Origin: Patescibacteria group bacterium | Lineage (GTDB): Bacteria > Patescibacteriota > Minisyncoccia > Phycocordibacterales > UBA9973 | Assembly: GCA_040389365.1 (NCBI GenBank) | Contig: JAZKAB010000003.1 | Location: 7,357-71,356 of the forward strand | Direction: 5' to 3' | Length of the DNA stretch: 64,000 nt | Shown: in pieces, positions 39,743 through 48,951 of the stretch | How the letters are laid out: each line of letters begins with the position of its first letter | How positions within the stretch are numbered: position 1 is the stretch's first letter | Position numbers and translations under genes: made by a program | The notes under the pieces: model-generated | The model's input: only the letters and a program-made list of their open reading frames with translations | What the model was told of the DNA's origin: nothing | Database searches by the model: none

Positions 39743-39818
39743 AGCGATCGTCTTTTAATCAAGAATACACATATTTGATTTTATTTAAATATGTGCTATA
39801 ATAATAAAAAATTAAAAG

Positions 39819-40286
39819 ATGAATACAATAGAAATTATTAACAAAGCAGTTCTAACTGAACAGGTGCTTCTACATGGAAGCCCTAAGGTTATAGATGAAA
39901 TTCATCCTCATTATGCTGATGATGAGATGGCAGTTTGCGCTACCCCTTACTCTGAAATCGCAATCTTCATGGCAATTATTAATTCATGCAGACCGGGTAA
40001 TTGTGGTTTTAAATCCACCATTACATCGAAAAAATGTTTTGTGGAATTCATGATTTGCGACCGCATAATTGCTTCATTGCTTTCAAAAGAAGTGGTGGGG
40101 TATGTATATGCGCTTGATTCGCGTGGATTTAGCCTGTGGCGGGGATTTGAATACCGTTCATATGAGCCGCTATACTCGTTGCAAAGATTTACAGTCAAAA
40201 AGGAAAATCTTCCATTTTATCCAATTTTAGGACAGAACACTTATACTGTTACCCTGAAGAGAGAAATGGCAGCTATGTTTAACTAA
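39819..40286 (+). CDS. Hypothetical protein, possible ADP-ribosyltransferase-like fold
   Basis: 'LLHGS...IHP...AVCATP...GYVYAL...EYRS'. Own TGC-TATAAT promoter. Confidence 0.55.
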   Translation: MNTIEIINKAVLTEQVLLHGSPKVIDEIHPHYADDEMAVCATPYSEIAIFMAIINSCRPGNCGFKSTITSKKCFVEFMICDRIIASLLSKEVVGYVYALDSRGFSLWRGFEYRSYEPLYSLQRFTVKKENLPFYPILGQNTYTVTLKREMAAMFN

Positions 40287-40288
40287 TT

Positions 40289-40316
40289 AAAAGCCCCTTG
40301 CAAAAGGGCTTTTTTT
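40289..40316 (+). terminator. Intrinsic terminator
   Basis: AAAAGCCC...GGGCTTTTTTT. Confidence 0.75.
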
Positions 40317-40344
40317 ATTTCCCAATATCTAGTACTATACAAAT

Positions 40345-40538
40345 ACCAATGAACCAGCCGACACTGGGGAGGCGGGGAAGAAAATCCTTCGGGATCGTAG
40401 AACCTCACGGAAGCGCAAGCTTGGTGCACCGCATGCACAGAAAGAGTAAAAAGTAGGGTGGTACCGCGTTTCAGAAAAGAATCGCCCCTGCGAGCTTATT
40501 ATTTATTTATAAGTTCGAAGAGGCGATTTTTGTCTTTT
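40345..40538 (+). ncRNA. T-box riboswitch (Asp) leader of aspS
   Basis: AGGGTGGTACCGCG at 40455-40468, antiterminator partner TCGCCCCT, terminator hairpin 40480-40531, candidate GAC specifier at 40360. Confidence 0.85.
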
Positions 40539-40551
40539 CGGCTCACACACC

Positions 40552-41844
40552 ATGATACAAAGAACATACATAAAAGATATTCCAAGTCTTGCAGGACAAG
40601 AGGCAACTGTTGTTGGCTTTGCTCAGACTATTCGCGCACAAAGCAAAATTGCATTTTTGATCGTCCGCGACGTAACCGGCATTTTGCAGACTGTAATAAC
40701 AATCGAGCAGCCTGAAGCCTTTGAGATCGCAAAGGAGCTTTCAACTGAATCGGTTGTGAAGGTAACAGGATTGGTAAAGGAGGCAAAGCAGGCGCCTGGC
40801 GGCTTTGAAATTGAAGTCACCAAGATGGAAGTGCTGTCAGTTGCAGATGCCATGCTGCCTATTCCAATCGTCGAGAAGAAGGGCGGGGAAGAAACAGAAG
40901 CGCCGATCCGATTTGATTATCGATGGCTCGACTTGCGCAAGCAGGACAAGCTGCAGATTTTCAAGGTTTGGACTGAGCTTGAAAAGGGCTTTCGCGAATA
41001 TTGGGACAAGAACAACTTCCTAGAAATCTATACGCCTTCATTCATGTCAACGCCATCTGAAACAGGGGCTGAAGTGTTTGAGGTTAATTACTTTGACCGC
41101 AAGGCATACCTGGCGCAGTCACCGCAGTTCTACAAGCAGATGGCCATGGCTTCAGGCTTTGAAAAAGTATTTATTGCAGGGCCAGTATTTCGAGCTGAAT
41201 TGTCATTTACCACTCGCCATCTTACCGAATTTACCGGCTGGGACTTCGAAATGTCATATATCGAATCGCACCATGACCTGATGGATGCAGAAGAGGCAAT
41301 GATCATTTCTGGCTTCACCCGTCTTGCTGCAAAGTTTCCTGAATTGAACATTATCGTTCCTGCATCTCCGTTCCCTCGAATCACTATGGTTGAGGCGAAG
41401 AAGATTCTGGCAGAACGAGGCACGCCAAGCCCTGAAGAGCATGACTTGTCTCCTGAAGAAGAGCGCGCTATCAGCGAGTATGTGCAGGAAACATTCAATC
41501 ATGAATTCGTCTTCATCACCGAATACCATGTATCGAAGAGCGCCTTCTATCACATGCGTACAGAAGATGGCCGCGGCAAGCGTGCCGACTTGCTGTACAA
41601 GGGCATTGAGGTGACAACGCTGGCTCAGCGCGAGCACCGCATCGATATCCTTGAAAAGCAGGCGCTTGAGAAGGGCATGTCGCTTGAGGCGTTGAAAGAC
41701 TATCTGAACTTCTTCCGCTGGGGCTGCCCGCCGCACGGAGGAGCAGGCATTGGTCCTGGAAGATTCATTATGAAAATTCTTGACCTGCCAAACGTGCGCG
41801 AGGCAACATACTTGCCGCGCGACGTGAAGCGCTTGAATCCATAA
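40552..41844 (+). CDS. aspS: Aspartate--tRNA ligase, short archaeal/non-discriminating type
   Basis: 430 aa, OB fold, RWLDLR, LAQSPQFYKQ, FRAE, GCPPHGG.GIG, PRD..RL.P. Confidence 0.93.
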   Translation: MIQRTYIKDIPSLAGQEATVVGFAQTIRAQSKIAFLIVRDVTGILQTVITIEQPEAFEIAKELSTESVVKVTGLVKEAKQAPGGFEIEVTKMEVLSVADAMLPIPIVEKKGGEETEAPIRFDYRWLDLRKQDKLQIFKVWTELEKGFREYWDKNNFLEIYTPSFMSTPSETGAEVFEVNYFDRKAYLAQSPQFYKQMAMASGFEKVFIAGPVFRAELSFTTRHLTEFTGWDFEMSYIESHHDLMDAEEAMIISGFTRLAAKFPELNIIVPASPFPRITMVEAKKILAERGTPSPEEHDLSPEEERAISEYVQETFNHEFVFITEYHVSKSAFYHMRTEDGRGKRADLLYKGIEVTTLAQREHRIDILEKQALEKGMSLEALKDYLNFFRWGCPPHGGAGIGPGRFIMKILDLPNVREATYLPRDVKRLNP

Positions 41845-41849
41845 GTTTG

Positions 41850-41879
41850 AGAAAAACGCCCAAGTCTGGGCGTTTTTCT
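41850..41879 (+). terminator. aspS terminator
   Basis: AGAAAAACGCCCA-AGTC-TGGGCGTTTTTCT. Confidence 0.8.
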
Positions 41880-41915
41880 TTTAATACTGTTCCAAAAAGG
41901 CTATAATTACGCCAC

Positions 41916-42692
41916 ATGGAAACTGAAACCGTATTTAAGGTTAAGCAGGAGGCATTTGAGGGGCCTGTTGAAGTGCTGCTTGAGCTGATTGAAAAGCGAA
42001 AGCTGTTCGTTAACGACGTATCGCTCGCTGCGGTAACTGACGACTTTATCCAGTACATGCAGGCAGTCGGCATGCAGGCGGGGGAGACAGCTAACTTTCT
42101 GGCGGTGGCCGCGACGCTTATTCTTATCAAAGCCAGGTCATTGCTACCCAATCTTGAGCTGACCCCTGAGGAAACTGAATCAATTACCAATCTTGAGCGC
42201 CGCGTAGCGCTGTATCAGGTTATTAGTCACATCTCAGCTGAGCTGATCAAAGGGTATGGCAAGAAAGTATCGTTTGAGGGCGTGCGTCGCTTAACGGGTG
42301 TTGTATTTGCTCCTGACGAAAAGCTGACGCTCGCAATGCTGCCGTCTCTTATTGGCGACATGCAGCGCCGCGTGCCCCCAGTTGAGCAAAAGAAGCCGGA
42401 GGCGCGCGTATACAAGACGATTTCAATCTCAGAAGTATTGAATACGCTGCAAGAGCGCATTGAGCGCGCTATGTCGACAAGCTTCAATGCTATTCGCGTT
42501 GCCTCGCCTGATATGGATGAACGCAGCCAGAAGGTCTACACTATCGTCTCATTTCTTGGTATGCTAGAGCTAGTTCGCCGGGGGCTTATTGCTGCAGAGC
42601 AAAACGAGCTGTTTGAAGACATTACGCTGCAGAAGAATGCTGATGCTGTCATTGATCAAAACGCCCCTGTGCCTGAAACACTGTATGAATAA
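41916..42692 (+). CDS. scpA: Segregation/condensation protein A
   Basis: FEGP.EVLL.LI, FL.VAATL..IKARSLLP, FLGMLELVR...EQ...F.DI. Confidence 0.93.
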   Translation: METETVFKVKQEAFEGPVEVLLELIEKRKLFVNDVSLAAVTDDFIQYMQAVGMQAGETANFLAVAATLILIKARSLLPNLELTPEETESITNLERRVALYQVISHISAELIKGYGKKVSFEGVRRLTGVVFAPDEKLTLAMLPSLIGDMQRRVPPVEQKKPEARVYKTISISEVLNTLQERIERAMSTSFNAIRVASPDMDERSQKVYTIVSFLGMLELVRRGLIAAEQNELFEDITLQKNADAVIDQNAPVPETLYE

Positions 42693-43218
42693 TTCACTAC
42701 CCCAGACAATCGAAAGCATTCTTTTTGCAACAGCAGATGCGTACAGCATTGCGGCACTTGCAAAGCTTTTGAGCGTATCGAATGAAGAGATTGAGGCGGC
42801 AATAGAAATGCTGACGGCATCATTACAAGACCATGCCATGATGGTCGTGCGCCAGGGCGATACCGTTACGCTTGCGACTCGTCCTGAGCATAGCGCTATT
42901 CTTGAAACATTACGAAAGGAAGAATTGCAGAAAGACTTGAGCAAGGCCAGTGCAGAAACGCTTGCAGTTATCGTATACAAGCCTGGGGCAACCAAGGCAG
43001 AGATTGAGCTTGTGCGAGGCGTGAATGCGTCGTATTCATTGCGTGCATTGCAAATCAGAGGCCTTATCGAAACAAAGCCTGCAGGCAGAAGCGTTGGCTA
43101 TTATCCAACGCTTGCACTGCTTGAGTCATATGGCGTATCAGAAGCTGCCGCGTTGCCACAGTATGCTGAGACAGTGCAAAAAATCGCTACGTTATTAGAT
43201 CAGGCGTTAGAGCAATAG
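42685..43218 (+). CDS. scpB: Segregation/condensation protein B
   Basis: IESILF, LSKASAETLAVIVYK, IELVRGVN. Confidence 0.93.
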   Translation: MNNSLPQTIESILFATADAYSIAALAKLLSVSNEEIEAAIEMLTASLQDHAMMVVRQGDTVTLATRPEHSAILETLRKEELQKDLSKASAETLAVIVYKPGATKAEIELVRGVNASYSLRALQIRGLIETKPAGRSVGYYPTLALLESYGVSEAAALPQYAETVQKIATLLDQALEQ

Positions 43219-43219
43219 C

Positions 43220-44284
43220 ATGTTAGACGCAGTTAAAATTTTTCTCCCAACGACACTGGTATTTATTATTGGCATACTTATTACGCCAACCCTTACCAGT
43301 ATCATGTACAAGCGCAAGCTGTGGAAGAAGAACAATCGCGCTCAGGAGTCTGATATAACAAATAAGGATTTTGCAAACGTGCATGACGGCGCTGCAGAGA
43401 TTGCAACGCCGCGCGTTGGCGGCGTCATTATCTGGCTGTCGGTATTGCTGTGTATTTCTGTGATGTGGGTTATTTCAAAAGCCTTTCCTTCTGACTTGTC
43501 GCAGAAGCTTGATTTCTTTAGCAAGAACCAGACATTGGTGCCATTGGCGGCATTGCTGTTAGGCTCATGGATTGGGCTGGCAGACGACTTGTTTCAGGTG
43601 AAGGGCACGATAGGAGACAGCTCAAGCGATGTCTTGAGCAATCGCTGGGTAAAAATTGGCATGATTGTAGCTATTGGCGTAACGGTGGGCGCATGGTTTT
43701 ATTTCAAGCTGGGTGTCAGCGGCATTGTTATTCCTTTTACTCACACCATCTTCAGCTTTGGCTGGCTGTTTATTCCATTCTTTATTCTTATCCTGCTCGG
43801 CGTTTTTTCAACATCCGTGATTGACGGGCTTGATGGCCTGGCAGGCGGCGTGCTCGCAATCGTCTTTGCAGCCTATGCAGTTATCGGCGCAGTGCAGCAC
43901 CAGGTTGATATTGCGGCCCTCTGCGGCGTTATCTCAGGGGGCATATTGGCCTTTCTGTGGTTCAATATTCCGCCTGCGCGGTTTTATATGGGAGAAACGG
44001 GCATGTTGGGCTTAACTGTTGTATTGACGGTTATTGCCTTTCTAACAAATACCGTATTGCTTTTGCCAATCATCGCACTGCCGCTCACTGCAACAACTGC
44101 CTCAGTTATTATTCAAATTGTCGGATACAAGTACTTCGGCCATCGTCGCGTATTCAAGATTGCGCCGCTGCATCATCATTTTCGCGCTATGGGCTGGTCA
44201 AAGGAAAAGGTTGTCATGCGATACTGGGTCGTATCGATCATTGCTGCAATTGTTGGCGTCGTATTAGTGATTCTGAGCCAATAG
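43220..44284 (+). CDS. mraY: Phospho-N-acetylmuramoyl-pentapeptide transferase
   Basis: TPRVGG, DGLDGLAGG, FN.PPA.FYMGETG, APLHHHF. Confidence 0.95.
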   Translation: MLDAVKIFLPTTLVFIIGILITPTLTSIMYKRKLWKKNNRAQESDITNKDFANVHDGAAEIATPRVGGVIIWLSVLLCISVMWVISKAFPSDLSQKLDFFSKNQTLVPLAALLLGSWIGLADDLFQVKGTIGDSSSDVLSNRWVKIGMIVAIGVTVGAWFYFKLGVSGIVIPFTHTIFSFGWLFIPFFILILLGVFSTSVIDGLDGLAGGVLAIVFAAYAVIGAVQHQVDIAALCGVISGGILAFLWFNIPPARFYMGETGMLGLTVVLTVIAFLTNTVLLLPIIALPLTATTASVIIQIVGYKYFGHRRVFKIAPLHHHFRAMGWSKEKVVMRYWVVSIIAAIVGVVLVILSQ

Positions 44285-44285
44285 C

Positions 44286-45404
44286 ATGGTTGTTGTAAAG
44301 CCCAAACAATTTGATACGTACTTTTTCGGCATTGTTATTCTTATTACCCTGATCGGCATATTTTCATTCGTGTCTGCATCGCTTGGCATCTTGGCGCAAA
44401 GCGAAACGAAATTTTACGGCGTATTGTTCGGCCAGATTGTGCTTGGCTTTATCGGCGGCCTCGGCGCATTGTGGCTGGCGACAAAGATCCCGTATCACTT
44501 CTGGCGCAACTATGCATTTTTCATATTTATCATGACGCTTATCGTCACGCTTGCGGTATTCATACCAGGCCTCGGCTTTTCGCACGGCGGCGCTCGCCGC
44601 TGGATTTCAGTGCTTGGCGTATCGTTTCAGCCCGCAGAAGTGTTGAAGCTTGGATTTGTAACCTATTTTGCAGCCTGGCTTGCCTGGACCAGCAAGAAGG
44701 AGCAGGAATTCAAGTACAAGCTCTTGCCGCTTATTATCATGCTCAGCCTTGTTGCAGGCGTACTGCTCTTGCAGCCTGATACCAAGAGCCTTGTGCTTAT
44801 CACTGCAGCAGCCTGCAGCATGCTCTTTGTATCGGGGGTGTCATGGAAAAAGATCCTGGGCATTATCGGCGTTGGTCTTGTCGGCATTGTCATGCTGGCA
44901 TTTGCGCGCCCATATTTGATGAATCGCATCAAGACGTATATAAACCCTTCGGCAGATTCGCGCGGATCTTCATACCAGCTGCAGCAAGGTCTTATCGCAA
45001 TTGGCAGCGGCGGTATCTTTGGCCGAGGGCTGGGACAGAGCGTGCAGAAGTTTAACTATCTGCCTGAGCCTCAAGGCGACTCTATCTATGCCGTTATCGG
45101 AGAAGAGTTTGGCTTTATCGGCAGCGCACTGCTTGTTGTCCTGTATGTCTTTCTTTCTATCAGAGGGTTCAAAATTGCCATGCAGGCCAGAGACATGTTT
45201 GGCCAATACCTTGTTGTTGGCATTATTACGCTGCTGTTGGCGCAGTCGTTTCTAAATATGGCATCGCTTGTTGGCCTCTTTCCACTTACGGGAGTGCCGC
45301 TGGTATTTATCAGCCAAGGGGGAACCTCGCTTCTCATTGCACTGTTTGCTTCAGGCATGGTGTTGAACGTTTCGAGGTATCAGAAGAAATTGAAGGAGGA
45401 ATAA
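44286..45404 (+). CDS. ftsW: Peptidoglycan glycosyltransferase FtsW (SEDS)
   Basis: GARRWI, QPAE..K, LQPD, LPEP..D.I.AVIGEE.G, PLTG.PL.FIS.GG. Follows mraY. Confidence 0.92.
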   Translation: MVVVKPKQFDTYFFGIVILITLIGIFSFVSASLGILAQSETKFYGVLFGQIVLGFIGGLGALWLATKIPYHFWRNYAFFIFIMTLIVTLAVFIPGLGFSHGGARRWISVLGVSFQPAEVLKLGFVTYFAAWLAWTSKKEQEFKYKLLPLIIMLSLVAGVLLLQPDTKSLVLITAAACSMLFVSGVSWKKILGIIGVGLVGIVMLAFARPYLMNRIKTYINPSADSRGSSYQLQQGLIAIGSGGIFGRGLGQSVQKFNYLPEPQGDSIYAVIGEEFGFIGSALLVVLYVFLSIRGFKIAMQARDMFGQYLVVGIITLLLAQSFLNMASLVGLFPLTGVPLVFISQGGTSLLIALFASGMVLNVSRYQKKLKEE

Positions 45405-45409
45405 AAGAA

Positions 45410-45436
45410 CCCGCTACGTATGTAGCGGGATTTTTT
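45410..45436. terminator. Bidirectional terminator
   Basis: CCCGCTAC-GTAT-GTAGCGGG flanked by A and T runs. Confidence 0.75.
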
Positions 45437-45998
45437 AATGAACAATGCGAAACTCCGTAGGCTTTCGGATAGAAAATATCGTGAGGACGGCACTAAAGCT
45501 CATTGTTGCGGCAGGGTATAGCCATTCTTCAACACTCGTATCCTTAGCAGCAAGAAGCGAAAGGAGGCTGGCAACTATAAACATGCAATATACTTTTGTT
45601 GCGCCCGGATCCGGACTAATGAATGTATCCCTCATTAGAGGATACGCCGATATCACTACTGCAGCAGTACTGGCAATAGTAGTTGCATTGTCTCCCATGA
45701 AATACCATACTATCAGGCAGATGCAGACTCCAACAGCGGTCACTGTATCCGTTAGTCCCCACGAGATTTCTTTCTTCACAAAAAGCAAAATGCTCATGGC
45801 AAGGGAAGTAAATACGTAGATCCCCGAAAGATAGTAATTGCCGTGTTGATTTATGATGGCAATAGTGGTAATGACATCCAGCATGGTCCAGAGGATCCAG
45901 GTTGAGAAATTCTGCTTCAATCCTTTCCAGACAGCGATAAAGAGGGGAATATTGGCAACTAGGCCAACAATTGCACCGAGTATTTTGAGTTTTTCCAT
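45435..45998 (-). CDS. Polytopic membrane protein (PQ-loop/SWEET-like repeat), orphan
   Basis: About 7 TMs, 'NFSTWILW'. Own TTGACT promoter. Sits between ftsW and murG. Confidence 0.6.
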   Translation of the reverse strand: MEKLKILGAIVGLVANIPLFIAVWKGLKQNFSTWILWTMLDVITTIAIINQHGNYYLSGIYVFTSLAMSILLFVKKEISWGLTDTVTAVGVCICLIVWYFMGDNATTIASTAAVVISAYPLMRDTFISPDPGATKVYCMFIVASLLSLLAAKDTSVEEWLYPAATMSFSAVLTIFSIRKPTEFRIVH

Positions 45999-46088
45999 GT
46001 TAAATAATTTTTGATATTACATCATTTAAACGTTAAAAAGTCAACTCATATTGTGATTGCTGCTTAAAATAGCTACAATACATGCACT

Positions 46089-47222
46089 ATGAAAATCCTA
46101 TTGATTGGCGGGGGAACAGGCGGGCACTTCTATCCGCTCATTGCCATTGCTGAAGAGCTTAACCGAATCGCTGACGAAGAAAAGATTGCCAACTTCAAGC
46201 TCTATTTCATGTCTGATGCGCCATATAACACTAAAGAACTTGAAGAGCAGTTCATAACCTTTATTCCAATCACTGCCGGTAAGCTGCGCATCTATTTCTC
46301 ATGGCAGAACTTTATCGACATCTTCAAGACTGCATTCGGCACTATTAGCGCGATCTTCAAGCTCTTTAGCCTGTACCCTGACGTTATCATCAGCAAGGGC
46401 GGCTATGCTGCCTTCCCAACGCTTGTTGCCGCACGTATCTTGCGTATTCCAGTCATTATTCACGAGTCAGATACCGTGCCAGGCCGCGTAAACAAATGGT
46501 CAGGCAAGTTTGCCCGACGCATTGCCTTGTCATATCCGGAAGCAGCAAGCTTCTTTGACCAGAAAAGAGTGGCGGTGACTGGTCAGCCAGTGCGCAAGTC
46601 GGTTGCCTTTGTCGCTACAGAGGGCGCCAAGGCATTCTTTGAGCTTGATTCAACTATTCCTACTATCGGCATTACCGGCGGCTCTCTCGGCTCAAAGATT
46701 ATCAATGACAGCATTACAACTATAGCTTCTGAGCTCGTACAGCACTATCAGATTATTCATCAGACAGGCATCAAGAACTACGAAGAGGTAAAGACAGATG
46801 CTGCGGTATTGCTGGGTGACGATACCAAGCGAACTCGATATAAAATCTTTCCGTACTTTAACGACCTCCAGACAAAGATGTTCGGCGGCGCTTCAGACAT
46901 TATCATTTCTCGCGCCGGCTCAGCGTTGTTTGAAATTGCAGCCTGGGGCAAGCCCTCAATCATTATTCCGGGCAGCGCGGCAATATTTCATGGCGATCAC
47001 CAGCGCAAGAATGCCTATCATTATGCCCGCATTGGCGCATGCGTCGTGATTGAAGAGGCAAACCTCACTCCGTCAGTATTGAAGAGTGAAATCGACAACC
47101 TGCTGCAGCACAAAGACCATTACGACGCCATGGCAGCTCGCGCAAAGTCGTTTTATAACCCCGATGCGGCGCGCCTTATTGCCGCAGAAGCAATAACAAT
47201 CTCTTTAGAACATGAGCAATAG
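46089..47222 (+). CDS. murG: UDP-GlcNAc:lipid I transferase MurG
   Basis: GGGTGGH.YP, KGGY, HES, GGSLGS, SRAG, HQ.KNA. Confidence 0.96.
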   Translation: MKILLIGGGTGGHFYPLIAIAEELNRIADEEKIANFKLYFMSDAPYNTKELEEQFITFIPITAGKLRIYFSWQNFIDIFKTAFGTISAIFKLFSLYPDVIISKGGYAAFPTLVAARILRIPVIIHESDTVPGRVNKWSGKFARRIALSYPEAASFFDQKRVAVTGQPVRKSVAFVATEGAKAFFELDSTIPTIGITGGSLGSKIINDSITTIASELVQHYQIIHQTGIKNYEEVKTDAAVLLGDDTKRTRYKIFPYFNDLQTKMFGGASDIIISRAGSALFEIAAWGKPSIIIPGSAAIFHGDHQRKNAYHYARIGACVVIEEANLTPSVLKSEIDNLLQHKDHYDAMAARAKSFYNPDAARLIAAEAITISLEHEQ

Positions 47223-48951
47223 TCCTGAACCAGCAAAAACGCCTAGTATTTTTTCAATATTGGCATCATATCGCGGAATAATTATCTTTTTGATTGTATT
47301 GACCCTTGCAGGCAATGCTATCACTATTGCCATTCCGCAGCTTGTTGCAACTGCAATCGACCAGTTTATTGCCGGCGCTTTCCAGTCGCAAAAGACGCTT
47401 ATCGTATTTCTTGCGGCAGCAATTGGCATTTTTATCTTTACCTATATTCAAAGCATCGTACAAACCTATGCGTCTGAGCGCGTTGCGAGAGACATGCGCA
47501 ACAAGGTTATGGCAAAGGTGTCGCAGCAGAACTTTTCGTACGTGCAGCAGACCAGCCCTTCAGTATTGCTTACTAACCTTACTTCAGACATAGACGCGCT
47601 AAAGACATTCGTTGCGCAGGCGGTGTCGTCAATGGTGTCATCGTTGTTTATCATCATTGGTGTTTCAGTACTGATGCTGATGATCGACTGGAAGCTGGCG
47701 CTTATGGTATTGGCAATTATCCCTATCATCGGCGGCGCATTCGGCTTCGTATTGGGCAAAGTGCGGCCGCTCTTCGGCGTTATCCAGTCCGTTATCGACC
47801 GCCTCAACAAGGTTATCAATGAAAGCATCCTGGGCGCAGCGTTAATACGCGTGCTGAACTCGCACAAGCAGGAATATGACAAGTTTATGGCTGTGAACAG
47901 CGATGCTCGCGATAACGGATACAAGATACTGTCATTCTTTGCCGCCCTTATCCCGCTCATTATTTTTATTGCCAACGCTGCAGTTGTCGTGGTGCTTATT
48001 GTCGGAGGCCGCGCAGTTATCAATGACGCTATGAGCATTGGAGACTTTACTGCATTCAATGCATATATCGCCATTCTTATTTTCCCGATCATTATGATCG
48101 GCTTCATGAGCACGATTATCGCTCGTGCGAGCGCCTCATACCAGCGCATCCATGCCGTACTGTCTGCGCCGCTTGCAGAAGAAAAGGGAACTGTCACTGC
48201 AGCCCTGACAGGCGCTATTACAGTGAGCGATATATCATTATTGTTTGGCGAAAAGGAAGCGCTTAAAAAGGTTTCTTTCAGCATCGCTCCAGGCACCAAG
48301 AATGCCATTATTGGCCCTACCGCGGCCGGCAAAACGCAATTGCTGTATGTTATGACCGGATTGCTGACTCCAGGTACAGGGACAGTGCAGTATGACGGAC
48401 TGTCGCTTGAAGAATATGACCAGCATGCACTGCATGAGCAGATCGGCTTCGTCTTTCAGGATAGCGTTATCTTTAACACGTCAGTGAAGGAAAACATCGC
48501 ATTCAGCACGACCGTGACTGACGAGTCATTGCAAAAGGCAATCGGCACAGCCGAACTTGGCAAGCTCATTGAATCGCTGCCGCATGGCTTGGAAGAGCTG
48601 ATTTCAGAGCGCGGTACAAACCTCTCAGGAGGTCAGAAGCAGCGCATTATGCTTGCGCGCGCCTTAGCGCTCAATCCCCGTATCCTGTTTCTTGATGACT
48701 TTACCGCTCGCGTTGATACGCAGACGGAGCAGAGTATTCTTGCAAACGTGCAGAAGAACTACCCTGACCTGACACTTGTCTCAATTACGCAAAAGATTGC
48801 TGCAATAGAAGCATACGACAACATTATCGTTATCATGGAAGGCGAGCTGCTTGCGCAAGGGACGCATAAGGAGCTTATGCAGCGCTCTCCTGAATACGTC
48901 CAGATTTACCAGTCTCAGCAAAGTACCGAACACTATGAACTACAAGCTTGA
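47212..48951 (+). CDS. Heterodimeric ABC exporter subunit A
   Basis: TMD plus GPTAAGKT, LSGGQKQR, degenerate Walker B FLDDF. Confidence 0.9.
   Translation: MSNSPEPAKTPSIFSILASYRGIIIFLIVLTLAGNAITIAIPQLVATAIDQFIAGAFQSQKTLIVFLAAAIGIFIFTYIQSIVQTYASERVARDMRNKVMAKVSQQNFSYVQQTSPSVLLTNLTSDIDALKTFVAQAVSSMVSSLFIIIGVSVLMLMIDWKLALMVLAIIPIIGGAFGFVLGKVRPLFGVIQSVIDRLNKVINESILGAALIRVLNSHKQEYDKFMAVNSDARDNGYKILSFFAALIPLIIFIANAAVVVVLIVGGRAVINDAMSIGDFTAFNAYIAILIFPIIMIGFMSTIIARASASYQRIHAVLSAPLAEEKGTVTAALTGAITVSDISLLFGEKEALKKVSFSIAPGTKNAIIGPTAAGKTQLLYVMTGLLTPGTGTVQYDGLSLEEYDQHALHEQIGFVFQDSVIFNTSVKENIAFSTTVTDESLQKAIGTAELGKLIESLPHGLEELISERGTNLSGGQKQRIMLARALALNPRILFLDDFTARVDTQTEQSILANVQKNYPDLTLVSITQKIAAIEAYDNIIVIMEGELLAQGTHKELMQRSPEYVQIYQSQQSTEHYELQA

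Noticed and set aside
47466-48332. 288-aa antisense ORF in the ABC exporter, and similar antisense ORFs in rseP, alaS and the MFS gene
   Set aside because: Fully nested opposite confident genes, with shadow-frame composition and no motifs.
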